From NCBI GenBank assembly GCA_944326615.1, contig CALVEO010000005.1, positions 294 through 64,293 on the forward strand: 64,000 bases of DNA, given 5' to 3'. The stretch comes from Candidatus Gastranaerophilales bacterium (GTDB lineage: Bacteria > Cyanobacteriota > Vampirovibrionia > Gastranaerophilales > Gastranaerophilaceae). Positions 38,363 to 47,435 of the stretch are shown piece by piece. The position numbers and the translations under genes are program-made. The notes beneath the pieces are model-generated. The model saw nothing but the letters and a program-made list of their open reading frames with translations, searched no databases and had not been told where the DNA came from. How positions within the stretch are numbered: position 1 is the first letter of the stretch; every line of letters begins with the position of its first letter.

Positions 38363-39049
38363 TTATTCCTGCAATTCTTTTTTCCAGCTTAAATAAAAAT
38401 AAACTGCAAGGATAAAATATACAGCCCACATTACTACTGTAGAATAAGCTTTTACTCCATGGATTATAAGATTCAACCACATGATAAGCGACAATCCGTT
38501 TACTGCAATCCATATCACCCATTGTTCAATTGCTCTTTTAACAGTCAAATACATTCCAAGTAAAGATAAAAATGTTGTAACACCGTCAATTACAGGACTT
38601 TTGTCCTTAAAAAAAACTAAAAGCATAATTGTAAATACACAGCCTGCTATTGCTAGAAAAATAAGTTTTAACCTGTCCCCTGCAGGTAATTTTATTTTTG
38701 TAATTTCTTTTGTATCTTGTTTCAGATGTTTTTTCCATTTAAAAATTCCGATTATCTGCATTGGTATGTAATATAAAAGATAAAGAGACATATTTCCCCA
38801 CAGAGCGTTTTTAAATGCGAGGTATATATAGCACATAGAACCAGCAAGACCGAAAAAATAGCATGATATTTTACCTTTTCCTGCAAAAAGTGTATATAAA
38901 ATTCCGCATACAGCATTTATAACCGCAGCCGGGCTGTCTTTTAAAAAAATTGCATTTGTAAAAATTATAATAAAAACCAGTACCAATCCTGATATTTCAA
39001 AATAATTCCATCCCTGCAGCTCTTTTTTTAAAAATTCTGTGATTTTCAT
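38363..39049 (-). CDS. pnuC: PnuC-family nicotinamide riboside/vitamin transporter
   Basis: GKGKISCYFFGL, YYIPMQIIGIFKW, DGVTTFLSLLGMYL, EQWVIWI. Confidence 0.88.
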   Translation of the reverse strand: MKITEFLKKELQGWNYFEISGLVLVFIIIFTNAIFLKDSPAAVINAVCGILYTLFAGKGKISCYFFGLAGSMCYIYLAFKNALWGNMSLYLLYYIPMQIIGIFKWKKHLKQDTKEITKIKLPAGDRLKLIFLAIAGCVFTIMLLVFFKDKSPVIDGVTTFLSLLGMYLTVKRAIEQWVIWIAVNGLSLIMWLNLIIHGVKAYSTVVMWAVYFILAVYFYLSWKKELQE

Positions 39050-39074
39050 TATGAGCATTGTATAATGAATAGCG

Positions 39075-40025
39075 ATGAAAGTACAGTCGATTTACAATAG
39101 CAGAATATTAAAAAAAGGATTGGAATTTGCAGCTGATAACAGCCTTTTGTTCGGTGCAACGGTTTCATTTGTGCTTTCTTCTGCAATACGTTCTCCGGCT
39201 ATTATGTTAACCCCTGATACGGATAAAGAAAATAAAAGATATGCATGTGCTAAATCTCTGGCATCAGGAGCAATAAATTATCTAACTGTACTTGCGTTTT
39301 CTCTTCCGTTTTCAAAAGCTGTAGATAAAATAAACAAACAGCCTTATAAATATTTAAAAAAAGAAACTATTGAAGCATTGAGAGCCGGCGAAAAAACTCT
39401 TGAAAAGTCAAGACGCTATAATTTTGCAGCCCAGCTTTTTAAACTGGGACTCGGCTTTGTACTTGCTGCTCCAAAATCTGTTTTTACCTGTGCTTTAATT
39501 CCCGGCATTATGGAAAAATTATTCCGCCGCAAAAAGGAAAACAAGCCTCAGGTAACATTTACCGGCTTATATAACGACGGGATTTCAAAACTTTCAAAAG
39601 GCATAGGAAAGTTAATGGATACAGAATTTGTACAGAAATTATCAGGCAAATTCTGCAATACAAATTTTGAACAGCATCTTATGTCTCTGACAGATATAGC
39701 TGCAACAGGAACCTTTATGCTTCAGACTTCAAAAAGCAAAAAGATTGAAGAAACAAGAAAAAATGCTTTAATATATAATGCCGGACTTTCTACAGGCATG
39801 TGCGTAGCAGGCGGGTATGGACTAAACCGTATGCTTGAAAAACCTGCAGATAAATTTGTAAAAAGATTTGCCGAAGCTAATAAAAATTCACCCAAATTGG
39901 AAAAATATTTGCAGGGGATAAAAGTTGCAAAGCCGGCCATGATTCTCGGCGGAATTTACTATATTGGAATCCCTTTAATATCAACATTTATGGCTGACAA
40001 ATTAGATAAAATAAAACAGAAATAA
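39075..40025 (+). CDS. Hypothetical membrane-associated protein with two similar halves
   Basis: 316 aa with several hydrophobic helices; internal PQVTFTG motif between the halves. Confidence 0.65.
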   Translation: MKVQSIYNSRILKKGLEFAADNSLLFGATVSFVLSSAIRSPAIMLTPDTDKENKRYACAKSLASGAINYLTVLAFSLPFSKAVDKINKQPYKYLKKETIEALRAGEKTLEKSRRYNFAAQLFKLGLGFVLAAPKSVFTCALIPGIMEKLFRRKKENKPQVTFTGLYNDGISKLSKGIGKLMDTEFVQKLSGKFCNTNFEQHLMSLTDIAATGTFMLQTSKSKKIEETRKNALIYNAGLSTGMCVAGGYGLNRMLEKPADKFVKRFAEANKNSPKLEKYLQGIKVAKPAMILGGIYYIGIPLISTFMADKLDKIKQK

Positions 40026-40033
40026 AGTTTAAT

Positions 40034-40094
40034 ACCCTCTCCCCAGCCCTCCCCCAAGGTAGGGAGTATGTGGTGGCAGGAACGGCTACGTTCC
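40034..40094 (+). repeat. Partial repeat, copy R4 (CCCTCTCCC palindrome + mini-hairpin)
   Basis: ACCCTCTCCCCAGCCCTCCCCCAAGGTAGGGAGTATGTGGTGGCAGGAACGGCTACGTTCC aligns closely with 24617-24678. Confidence 0.88.
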
Positions 40095-40097
40095 TTA

Positions 40098-40634
40098 TTA
40101 AAACCAGTCAATAAGAGGTCTTATTTCTCCGCATTCAAGTTCATATTTTTCAGCTTCAGGACTTCTTAAAATACTGTCAATTCGTAAACGCTCTCTTATT
40201 GGATTTTGCAGAAAAACTTCCCCTGTTTCCCGGTCAAAAACTTTAGCGTAATTTAATCCTACATTAACACAGTATGGAAGCCTTATTCTGTTTTCATCTT
40301 CATCATACCACGCAAGTCCATGTGTGCGGCAGACAATACCTCTGTATTTGTATACACAGCACATATTGTTAATAAGAAACGGACATTTGTATAATTTTGG
40401 TTTTTCACGTTTCAGGCGTTTGATTTCTTCTTTTATATTGTGCTTTATCCCGAAAGGAAGCTCAACAAACCCTGACATTAAATACTCAAGCTCAAGCCTT
40501 GAAAAAGGATATTCTCCAACTTCACAACAGGAAGAACAGCCCGGTTTACATTTGATAAACTCACACTGTTCTTCAAAATAGCTTTCAAGTCTTTTGTCTA
40601 ATTTTTCAAGAAATTTTTGATATCTTTTAAGCAT
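40098..40634 (-). CDS. YkgJ/UPF0153 cysteine-cluster protein
   Basis: CKPGCSSCC, CPFL, CCVYKYRGIVCR. Confidence 0.88.
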   Translation of the reverse strand: MLKRYQKFLEKLDKRLESYFEEQCEFIKCKPGCSSCCEVGEYPFSRLELEYLMSGFVELPFGIKHNIKEEIKRLKREKPKLYKCPFLINNMCCVYKYRGIVCRTHGLAWYDEDENRIRLPYCVNVGLNYAKVFDRETGEVFLQNPIRERLRIDSILRSPEAEKYELECGEIRPLIDWF

Positions 40635-42310
40635 TAATAAACCTTTACTAGTGAATATTTTCTTCCGTCCAATATAATATCAAAGTCAAGAGTTTCATCC
40701 ACTTGCGGCATCTGTTTTTCTCTCACGACAACCACAACATCTCTGTCATCTAAAATATGGCCGAGCTTTGCCATTTCCTTCTCATCGTCCTGCGAGATAA
40801 AGTAAACTTTGCTTTTGTTTGTTTTATCAACATAATCACCGTAATAATAAAGGACTGAATATTTTCTTTCGTTATTCAGAACAACAATTTTTTTGTTATT
40901 TTCTTTTGCATATTTTGCAAACTTCATCAAATCATTTTGCCCGAATTCGTAATCCATATTATAAAACAATTTTGTTCCGAAAGCTGATGTTATTATTATA
41001 AGCAGTGCATAACAGGCGAAAACTCCTTTGGGAGAGTTTTTTAGAGCACATATAATGCTTGAAATTCCGAAAATTCCTACCATAATTATGCAGAACCATT
41101 TTATTATCAGGAAATCTTCATACATCTGAGCAGGCAGAAAATATTTTGAAAAACAGGTTACAGCAGCAGCCAGTATACAAATCCCGCCTAATACATAAAC
41201 GGAAATGTCGACAGTTTTTTTATATTTTTCATTGAACATGTAATTTTCCCACAGCGATGCGATTATAAAAGATGTGAAAAAATATACAGGCAGAATATAT
41301 GTTATAAGTTTTGTTTTTGAAGCTGAAAAGAAAAGCATTGTGACAGCAAATCCTATAATATTGAATAACAAAAATTTTTGTCTGTCAGTCATATTTTTAA
41401 AATCAAAACTTTTAATTGATTTAAGTTTTGCAATCCCTGCCGAAATTGCAGAAAATACCCAGGGAATTAATCCCCACAAAATAGTTACAAAGTAGAACCA
41501 GAAAGGCTGTTCCCTGTCAATCTGGCTTGATGAGAAAAATCTGTTGATATGATGTTTCATAATATATTCATTAAAAAATAAAGGATCGTGGATTTTGAAC
41601 ATAATCAGATGCCATGGAAGCACTATTAAAAAGAATAATAAAAATCCCGGTAAAATATATTGAGGTCTGAATATCTGTTTAAAAGTTTTGTTAGCAATGG
41701 TTACAAAAAACATAACAGCAAACGGAACGACAAATCCCGGAATTCCCTTGGCCATAACAGCAAGCCCTGAAAAGATATAAAACATCCACCACATGTATTT
41801 TTTACTTTTGTCATTTACAAATTGTGTCAAAAGTCCGAACATTACGGAAAATCCGATACATGTCGTTACAACAATATCGAGAATTGCGAATTTTGCAAGC
41901 ATGACAAATTCCAGAGTGGTTGCAAGAATTATTGCCGATATTACTCCAAAACGCCTTGATACAATTCTTTTGCCTGTAAAATAAATAAGCAGAGCTGATA
42001 AAGTTCCATATAAAGCAACAGGAAAACGCGCTGTAAATTCGTTTACCTTTCCAAAAATCGCAAACGACAAACATTCTCCCCAAAAATAAAGCGGTGGTTT
42101 TTCAAAGAAATATTCACCGTTTAAATAAAGCGTTAAAAAATCTCTGCTGTGAAACATGTCTCTCGCCATAGAAACATATCGCGTTTCATCGACATCCATC
42201 AATGCATAATTTCCTATATTAAAGAAAAATACAAAGTAACATAAAACCAAAATCCCTAAAAAGGTAAATAAATCAATATGTTTTTTTATAAAATCAATAA
42301 TTTTTTCCAT
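40634..42310 (-). CDS. ArnT/PMT-like GT-C glycosyltransferase (family 39/83)
   Basis: DVDETRYVSMARDM, FFEKPPLYFW, ARFPVAL, MAKG, QPFWFYF. Confidence 0.9.
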   Translation of the reverse strand: MEKIIDFIKKHIDLFTFLGILVLCYFVFFFNIGNYALMDVDETRYVSMARDMFHSRDFLTLYLNGEYFFEKPPLYFWGECLSFAIFGKVNEFTARFPVALYGTLSALLIYFTGKRIVSRRFGVISAIILATTLEFVMLAKFAILDIVVTTCIGFSVMFGLLTQFVNDKSKKYMWWMFYIFSGLAVMAKGIPGFVVPFAVMFFVTIANKTFKQIFRPQYILPGFLLFFLIVLPWHLIMFKIHDPLFFNEYIMKHHINRFFSSSQIDREQPFWFYFVTILWGLIPWVFSAISAGIAKLKSIKSFDFKNMTDRQKFLLFNIIGFAVTMLFFSASKTKLITYILPVYFFTSFIIASLWENYMFNEKYKKTVDISVYVLGGICILAAAVTCFSKYFLPAQMYEDFLIIKWFCIIMVGIFGISSIICALKNSPKGVFACYALLIIITSAFGTKLFYNMDYEFGQNDLMKFAKYAKENNKKIVVLNNERKYSVLYYYGDYVDKTNKSKVYFISQDDEKEMAKLGHILDDRDVVVVVREKQMPQVDETLDFDIILDGRKYSLVKVY

Positions 42311-42418
42311 TACAATCTCTCTTATTTAAATCACGCAAAATAATTTTAGCATAAATAATAATTTGTGCGTTTATTTAATATATTGTAAGTTACATGTGTT
42401 TCTAATATAATAAAAATT

Positions 42419-44221
42419 ATGAAATATAGAGATAATGTCCGGAATTTTTGTATAATTGCCCACATTGACCACGGAAAATCAACACTTGCCGACAGACTGC
42501 TTGAAAAAACAGGCACTGTTGCTGAGCGTGATATGCAAAATCAGATTATGGATTCCATGGATATAGAACGCGAACGCGGAATTACGATTAAATTAAATTC
42601 TGCAAGAATGAATTATAAAGCAAAAAACGGCAGAGAATATATTTTAAATCTTATAGATACCCCGGGCCATGTTGATTTCTCATACGAAGTTTCCCGCTCT
42701 CTTGCAGCATGCGAAGGTGCGTTATTAATTGTTGATGCTACTCAGGGCGTTGAAGCGCAAACCTTAGCCAATGTTTATCTTGCAATTGAACAGAATTTAG
42801 AAATTATTCCCGTAATTAATAAAATTGATCTCCCCTCAGCCGATGTTGAACGCGTTAAAGAAGAAATTGAAGAAGTTCTCGGAATTGATGCATCTTTAGC
42901 AATTCCTGTAAGTGCAAAAGCTGGAATAGGCATTGATGAAGTTTTAGAGGCTGTTGTAGATTTAATTCCGCCACCTGCAGATAATTCAGAAAAGCCTTTG
43001 AGAGCACTTGTTTTTGACAGTGCGTATGATCAGTATTTAGGCACTCTTTGCTTTTTCAAAATTATGGACGGCAAAATTAAACTCGGCGAAAAAGTTAAAT
43101 TTATGGCATCAGGCAAAGAATATGATGTTGTGGAACTAGGATATCAAACACCTTCAAGAGTTCAGGTAAATGAACTCGTATGCGGTGATGTAGGATATTT
43201 TGCAGGCTCTATAAAAGAATTAACACGCTTTGTTGGTGATACCCTGACATCTGTTGAAAATCCTGCAGAAGAACCTTTACCCGGATACAAAGAAGCTCTG
43301 CCGATGGTATTTTCCGGACTTTATCCTGTTGATAACGATGATTACGGCGACTTGAAAGAGGCGCTTGAAAAATTAAAGCTAAACGACAGCAGCATAACTT
43401 TTGAACCCGAAACATCGACAGCACTCGGCTTTGGTTTTAGATGCGGATTTTTAGGGATGCTGCATATGGAAATTGCGCAGGAACGTCTTGAGCGTGAATA
43501 CGGGCTTTCTATTGTAACAACAGCACCATCAGTTGTTTATCATGTTTACAAAACCAACGGCGAAATGATAGAAATTGATAACCCTGCAAACCTTCCGCCG
43601 GCTCAAGTTCGAGATTATATTGAGGAGCCTTATGTAAAAGTTCAGATAATTGCCCCCAACGATTATGTGGGCACTTTAATGGATCTGGCGCAGACAAAAC
43701 GCGGAATTTTCAAAAATATGTCATATATTGATAAAGTGCGTGCCTCGCTTGAATACGAAATTCCTTTGAGCGAAGTTATTACGGACTTTTACGACCAGCT
43801 AAAATCACGTACAAAAGGTTACGCAAGCATGGATTACGAATTCAAAGACTACAAACGCTCAAAACTTGTGAAACTTGATATAATGCTCGCAGGAGAAGTT
43901 GTAGATGCACTTTCGGTTATCTGCCATGAAGATAGCGCTTTTTACATAGGCCAGAAATTAACCGCTAAACTTAAAGATATTATCCCCCGTCAGCTTTTTG
44001 AAGTTCCAATTCAGGCGGCAATTGGAGGACGTGTTATTGCAAGAACTAATATTAAAGCTCTGCGCAAAAATGTGCTGGATAAATGTTACGGCGGAGACAT
44101 TTCGCGTAAGAGAAAGCTTTTAGAAAAACAAAAGAAAGGTAAAAAACGTATGAAATCAGTCGGACGTGTAGAAGTGCCGCAGGAAGCGTTTATGGCTGTA
44201 CTAAGTCTTGATGAAGAATAA
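42419..44221 (+). CDS. lepA: Elongation factor 4
   Basis: [61 protein letters not shown]. Confidence 0.98.
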   Translation: MKYRDNVRNFCIIAHIDHGKSTLADRLLEKTGTVAERDMQNQIMDSMDIERERGITIKLNSARMNYKAKNGREYILNLIDTPGHVDFSYEVSRSLAACEGALLIVDATQGVEAQTLANVYLAIEQNLEIIPVINKIDLPSADVERVKEEIEEVLGIDASLAIPVSAKAGIGIDEVLEAVVDLIPPPADNSEKPLRALVFDSAYDQYLGTLCFFKIMDGKIKLGEKVKFMASGKEYDVVELGYQTPSRVQVNELVCGDVGYFAGSIKELTRFVGDTLTSVENPAEEPLPGYKEALPMVFSGLYPVDNDDYGDLKEALEKLKLNDSSITFEPETSTALGFGFRCGFLGMLHMEIAQERLEREYGLSIVTTAPSVVYHVYKTNGEMIEIDNPANLPPAQVRDYIEEPYVKVQIIAPNDYVGTLMDLAQTKRGIFKNMSYIDKVRASLEYEIPLSEVITDFYDQLKSRTKGYASMDYEFKDYKRSKLVKLDIMLAGEVVDALSVICHEDSAFYIGQKLTAKLKDIIPRQLFEVPIQAAIGGRVIARTNIKALRKNVLDKCYGGDISRKRKLLEKQKKGKKRMKSVGRVEVPQEAFMAVLSLDEE

Positions 44222-44416
44222 CTCATCTTTGGCTTTAATAGCTGCAGAGGTTCTGTTAGTAACCCCGAGTTTTTTATATATTTGGGTTAAATGAGCCTTT
44301 ACAGTGTGATTTGTAATAAATAATTTCTTACCGATTTCATTGTTACTGTAACCAAGAATAACTAATTTTAAAACTTCAATCTCTCTTTCAGTCAATTCTA
44401 ATGTCTTTTTCTTCAT
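44201..44416 (-). CDS. Stand-alone LuxR-type HTH regulator
   Basis: [43 protein letters not shown]. Start taken at MKKKT; overlaps the lepA stop. Confidence 0.88.
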   Translation of the reverse strand: MKKKTLELTEREIEVLKLVILGYSNNEIGKKLFITNHTVKAHLTQIYKKLGVTNRTSAAIKAKDELFFIKT

Positions 44417-44806
44417 ACTTCCTGAATTATTGTTTTTTAAAATTGCTCTCTCACCTATTATTATATAAACAAAATGATATTTTACCACTAGCCAAAAGTA
44501 TATATTTCAGCCATATTGAAGAAATCAGCCAAAAATTTTTATTTTTACCTTGTTAAGAATTGTAAAATAATATGTAAAAAATATATACAAATTAGGCAAT
44601 TTTTAAATACAAAAATACTTTATATAAATATGGAAATCAATTAAAAAGGAAAATTTAAGAGATAAGAGTATTGTTAAAATATGTTACAAATATCCGTAAA
44701 GTATGATTTTTAATTAAAGATTATTAAAAAACATGACGATATAGATATTGTGAGTAAATTATAACCAAAAGCATAAAGCTGGCGGTTAATAAAGGAGAAA
44801 ACGGAA

Positions 44807-45238
44807 ATGACAAAAGTTAACGGAAACGGCGGCAACAATCAGAATTTAGAAGCATTAAAAGCTTATTATGAAGCACTGCAAACAAGAAAAACAGGCAAAG
44901 AAGAAAAAACCGAAAATACTAAATCTGTTATTAGCTTTAAAGGAACCGAAAAAATTGAAGCAAGTGCTTTAGATGCTACGGCTGCTCAAATTTGGGGAGT
45001 ACAGTTATCTAAAGTAGATAAATCAGAAGCTGCGACACAAAGAAGAATTGAACAATATTTTAATACACCATTTATGGCATCACTAGATGAAATACAGGGA
45101 ATTGAACCTGATTTTGCTCAATATGCAATGTCAAATATTAAAGGGGTAGATCCGGACAAACTTGCAAAACATATGAATAAACCTTTAGGAGAAGAAACAG
45201 CCGCAGGCGTTACAGAATTTTTAGACGCATTAGTTTAA
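44807..45238 (+). CDS. Hypothetical protein
   Basis: 143 aa with an AAGGAG RBS; contains VISFKG. Confidence 0.7.
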   Translation: MTKVNGNGGNNQNLEALKAYYEALQTRKTGKEEKTENTKSVISFKGTEKIEASALDATAAQIWGVQLSKVDKSEAATQRRIEQYFNTPFMASLDEIQGIEPDFAQYAMSNIKGVDPDKLAKHMNKPLGEETAAGVTEFLDALV

Positions 45239-45272
45239 CTTATAAATATACAAATTTACTCACACGCATTTT

Positions 45273-45302
45273 AAAGACCGGTTTAAAAATCGGTCTTTTT
45301 TA
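45273..45302 (+). terminator. Intrinsic terminator
   Basis: AAAGACCGGTT-TAAA-AATCGGTCTTTTTT. Confidence 0.75.
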
Positions 45303-45502
45303 TGGAACGAAGCCGTTCCATCCATTACAGCTTACGACTATGCATAAGGCGCTTTAATGAATGTTCAAATATTGTAAATTTCTTTCGTAATATCGCTTTG
45401 TTCAGTCAACGCACTCGGGTATTCACGTAATTCGGGATAGATTTACTTAACTTCTTATCCCTCGCATCTGTTTTTCTTGAAATATTGACGTAATTGCCGA
45501 AG

Positions 45503-45642
45503 AAGCGTACCGCTCCCCCCATCCCTGATTAGGGAGGGCTGGGGAGAGGGTCATTAGAAGCTAAGAGGGTAGGAGGATAGGAAGATAAGCTTTTTTTTGT
45601 AAACAGCCTACCTTCTTAGCTTCCTATCTTCTTAACTTCTAA
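45503..45642 (-). repeat. Composite intergenic repeat, copy R5 (inverted)
   Basis: Reverse complement: TTTAGAAGTTAAGAAGATAGGAAGCTAAGAAGGTAGGCTGTTTAC...AAGCTTATCTTCCTATCCTCCTACCCTCTTAGCTTCT...ACCCTCTCCCCAGCCCTCCCTAATCAGGGA, shared with R1 and R3. Confidence 0.9.
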
Positions 45643-45645
45643 ATA

Positions 45646-45728
45646 AACCCTCACCCGCATCTCTAAAGACTCGCAAGCTCGTCTAGAGCTGCTCCCTCTC
45701 ACAAAGAGAGAGGGGGAGCGTGCCGCTC
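45646..45728 (+). repeat. Solo copy of the DUF559-flanking palindrome
   Basis: AACCCTCACCCG-[different hairpin]-CCCTCTCACAAAGAGAGAGGG followed by GAGCGTGCCGCTC. Confidence 0.85.
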
Positions 45729-45771
45729 AACTATAACTTATGGGAGCACATAAACCGATTTTTTATGATAG

Positions 45772-46248
45772 TTATTTTAAATTAAAATATAGATTTCCAA
45801 GACTCAAAAGAAAACAAAATGCTAAAAATAACATTATATTCCGGAAGGTTTTACCTGCTGACTTATCATAATACTCAAATTCATTTGTATCAGAATTCAC
45901 ATAACTGCTGAATTTTCTACCCATAGTTTTTGCATCATGCAATGTCGGAAAACTGAATTGTACAAATACATTATCATTATGTTGTTTGTCTAAATCAATC
46001 AGGTACATCATATCATCATTTCTAAATCTTGCATAATATGAAGAATACATAGGCTTAGATAAAGATGAAAGCTTTGCTGTTTTTATATAATTTTTGCCTG
46101 CAAAAGATACACGATTTAATGTACATAAATTTTGAAACTTGTTACAGTGAAAATATGCTTTATTTGGATAAAAAACAAGTATCAGAACAAACAAAACAAG
46201 TACCAGTATAATGTATAAATTATCGATAACAATTTTTTGTTTATACAT
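45772..46248 (-). CDS. Hypothetical membrane protein
   Basis: N- and C-terminal TM helices; 158 aa. Confidence 0.65.
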   Translation of the reverse strand: MYKQKIVIDNLYIILVLVLFVLILVFYPNKAYFHCNKFQNLCTLNRVSFAGKNYIKTAKLSSLSKPMYSSYYARFRNDDMMYLIDLDKQHNDNVFVQFSFPTLHDAKTMGRKFSSYVNSDTNEFEYYDKSAGKTFRNIMLFLAFCFLLSLGNLYFNLK

Positions 46249-46264
46249 AAATCAGCCTGTCTTC

Positions 46265-47020
46265 TTACTTTTTCCTATTCTCATTCACTCCATAGCCAAA
46301 CATAGCAAAGTCATATTTTATCGGATCTTCAGGATCGAATTTGCGCAGATTTTCAGTTATTTCAAGAACTGATTTAAAATCATTAGAATTACGTGTTAAA
46401 AGTCCCATTTCTCTTGAAAGTCTTGCAACATGGGTATCAAGAGGTATTAAAAGTTCAGAAGGTTTTATAAAATCCCAAAGCCCGAAATCCACAGGTCCCT
46501 TACGTACCATCCAGCGAAGATACATACACATACGTTTCATTGCACTGCCTTTGCGGGCATCAGGTATCATGAATTTGAACCCTTGAGAATTGTTATCTTT
46601 AGCATGTGAATAAAAGTAATCAGTTACAGGTATAAACATATTGCCCTCAACAGGGTTTTCGTAACCGTATTTGAAAAGTTCTTCTAATCCGCCACTTTTT
46701 GAATATAAATCGCGCATTATTATAAAAATTTGAGCAAAATCATCTGGTTTTCCAAATCGGTAATTAAAATCTCCGAGAATTTCAGGCTCAAAATTCAGAA
46801 TAAAATTTAACGGTTCATTCTGTGCTATTTCAAAAAGAGTATCTAATTTTTTCAAAAAAACTTCCCGTCTGCCATAAGCCACAAGAGAGGCAATAAATCC
46901 TGCAATTTCAATATCTTTTTTCTCCGTAAATCTATTTGGCACGCGAACGGGATCGTCTTTTATAAAATCAATATTTTCATAAGTTTCAGCCAGTTTATCA
47001 ATTTCAGATTTAGTTATCAT
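46265..47020 (-). CDS. TIGR02757/DUF2400 family protein (HhH-glycosylase-like)
   Basis: FIKDDPVRVP, EIAGFIASLVAYGR, SAMKRMCMYLRWMVR, IPLDTHV, DPEDPIKYDFAMFG. Confidence 0.9.
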   Translation of the reverse strand: MITKSEIDKLAETYENIDFIKDDPVRVPNRFTEKKDIEIAGFIASLVAYGRREVFLKKLDTLFEIAQNEPLNFILNFEPEILGDFNYRFGKPDDFAQIFIIMRDLYSKSGGLEELFKYGYENPVEGNMFIPVTDYFYSHAKDNNSQGFKFMIPDARKGSAMKRMCMYLRWMVRKGPVDFGLWDFIKPSELLIPLDTHVARLSREMGLLTRNSNDFKSVLEITENLRKFDPEDPIKYDFAMFGYGVNENRKK

Positions 47021-47435
47021 TTCTCAACTCCTTAAAATATTCCTTTAATATTTTATCACATTCTTCTTCCATAATACCGCCGTAAACTTTCATTTTTGAA
47101 TTAGCGAGTTTTCTTACATCTATAACAGAGCCTAAAGCGCCGTAGTTATGGTCGTAAGATCCAAAATAAACAGTTTTTATCCTTGCAGAAACTATTGCCC
47201 AGGCGCACATCGGGCATGGTTCTAAGGTAACATACATTTCGCAATCATCCAGCCGCCAGCGGCCTAATTTTTGTTCGGCTTCGCGTATTGCAAGTATTTC
47301 TGCATGCGCTGTTACATCATTGAGTGTTTCTTTCTGATTAAATGTTTCTGCTATAACTTTACCGTCTTTAATTATTAAAGCTCCGACAGGGATTTCTCCT
47401 TTTGCTTTTTTGGCAGATTTTATTGCGCGCTCCAT
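47010..47435 (-). CDS. tadA: tRNA adenosine(34) deaminase
   Basis: GEIPVGA, TAHAEILAI, YVTLEPCPMCA. Confidence 0.9.
   Translation of the reverse strand: MERAIKSAKKAKGEIPVGALIIKDGKVIAETFNQKETLNDVTAHAEILAIREAEQKLGRWRLDDCEMYVTLEPCPMCAWAIVSARIKTVYFGSYDHNYGALGSVIDVRKLANSKMKVYGGIMEEECDKILKEYFKELRNDN

Noticed and set aside
3768-45728. Dispersed repeats as a CRISPR array
   Set aside because: No run of equal-length repeats separated by unique spacers, the copies are kilobases apart, and there are no cas genes.
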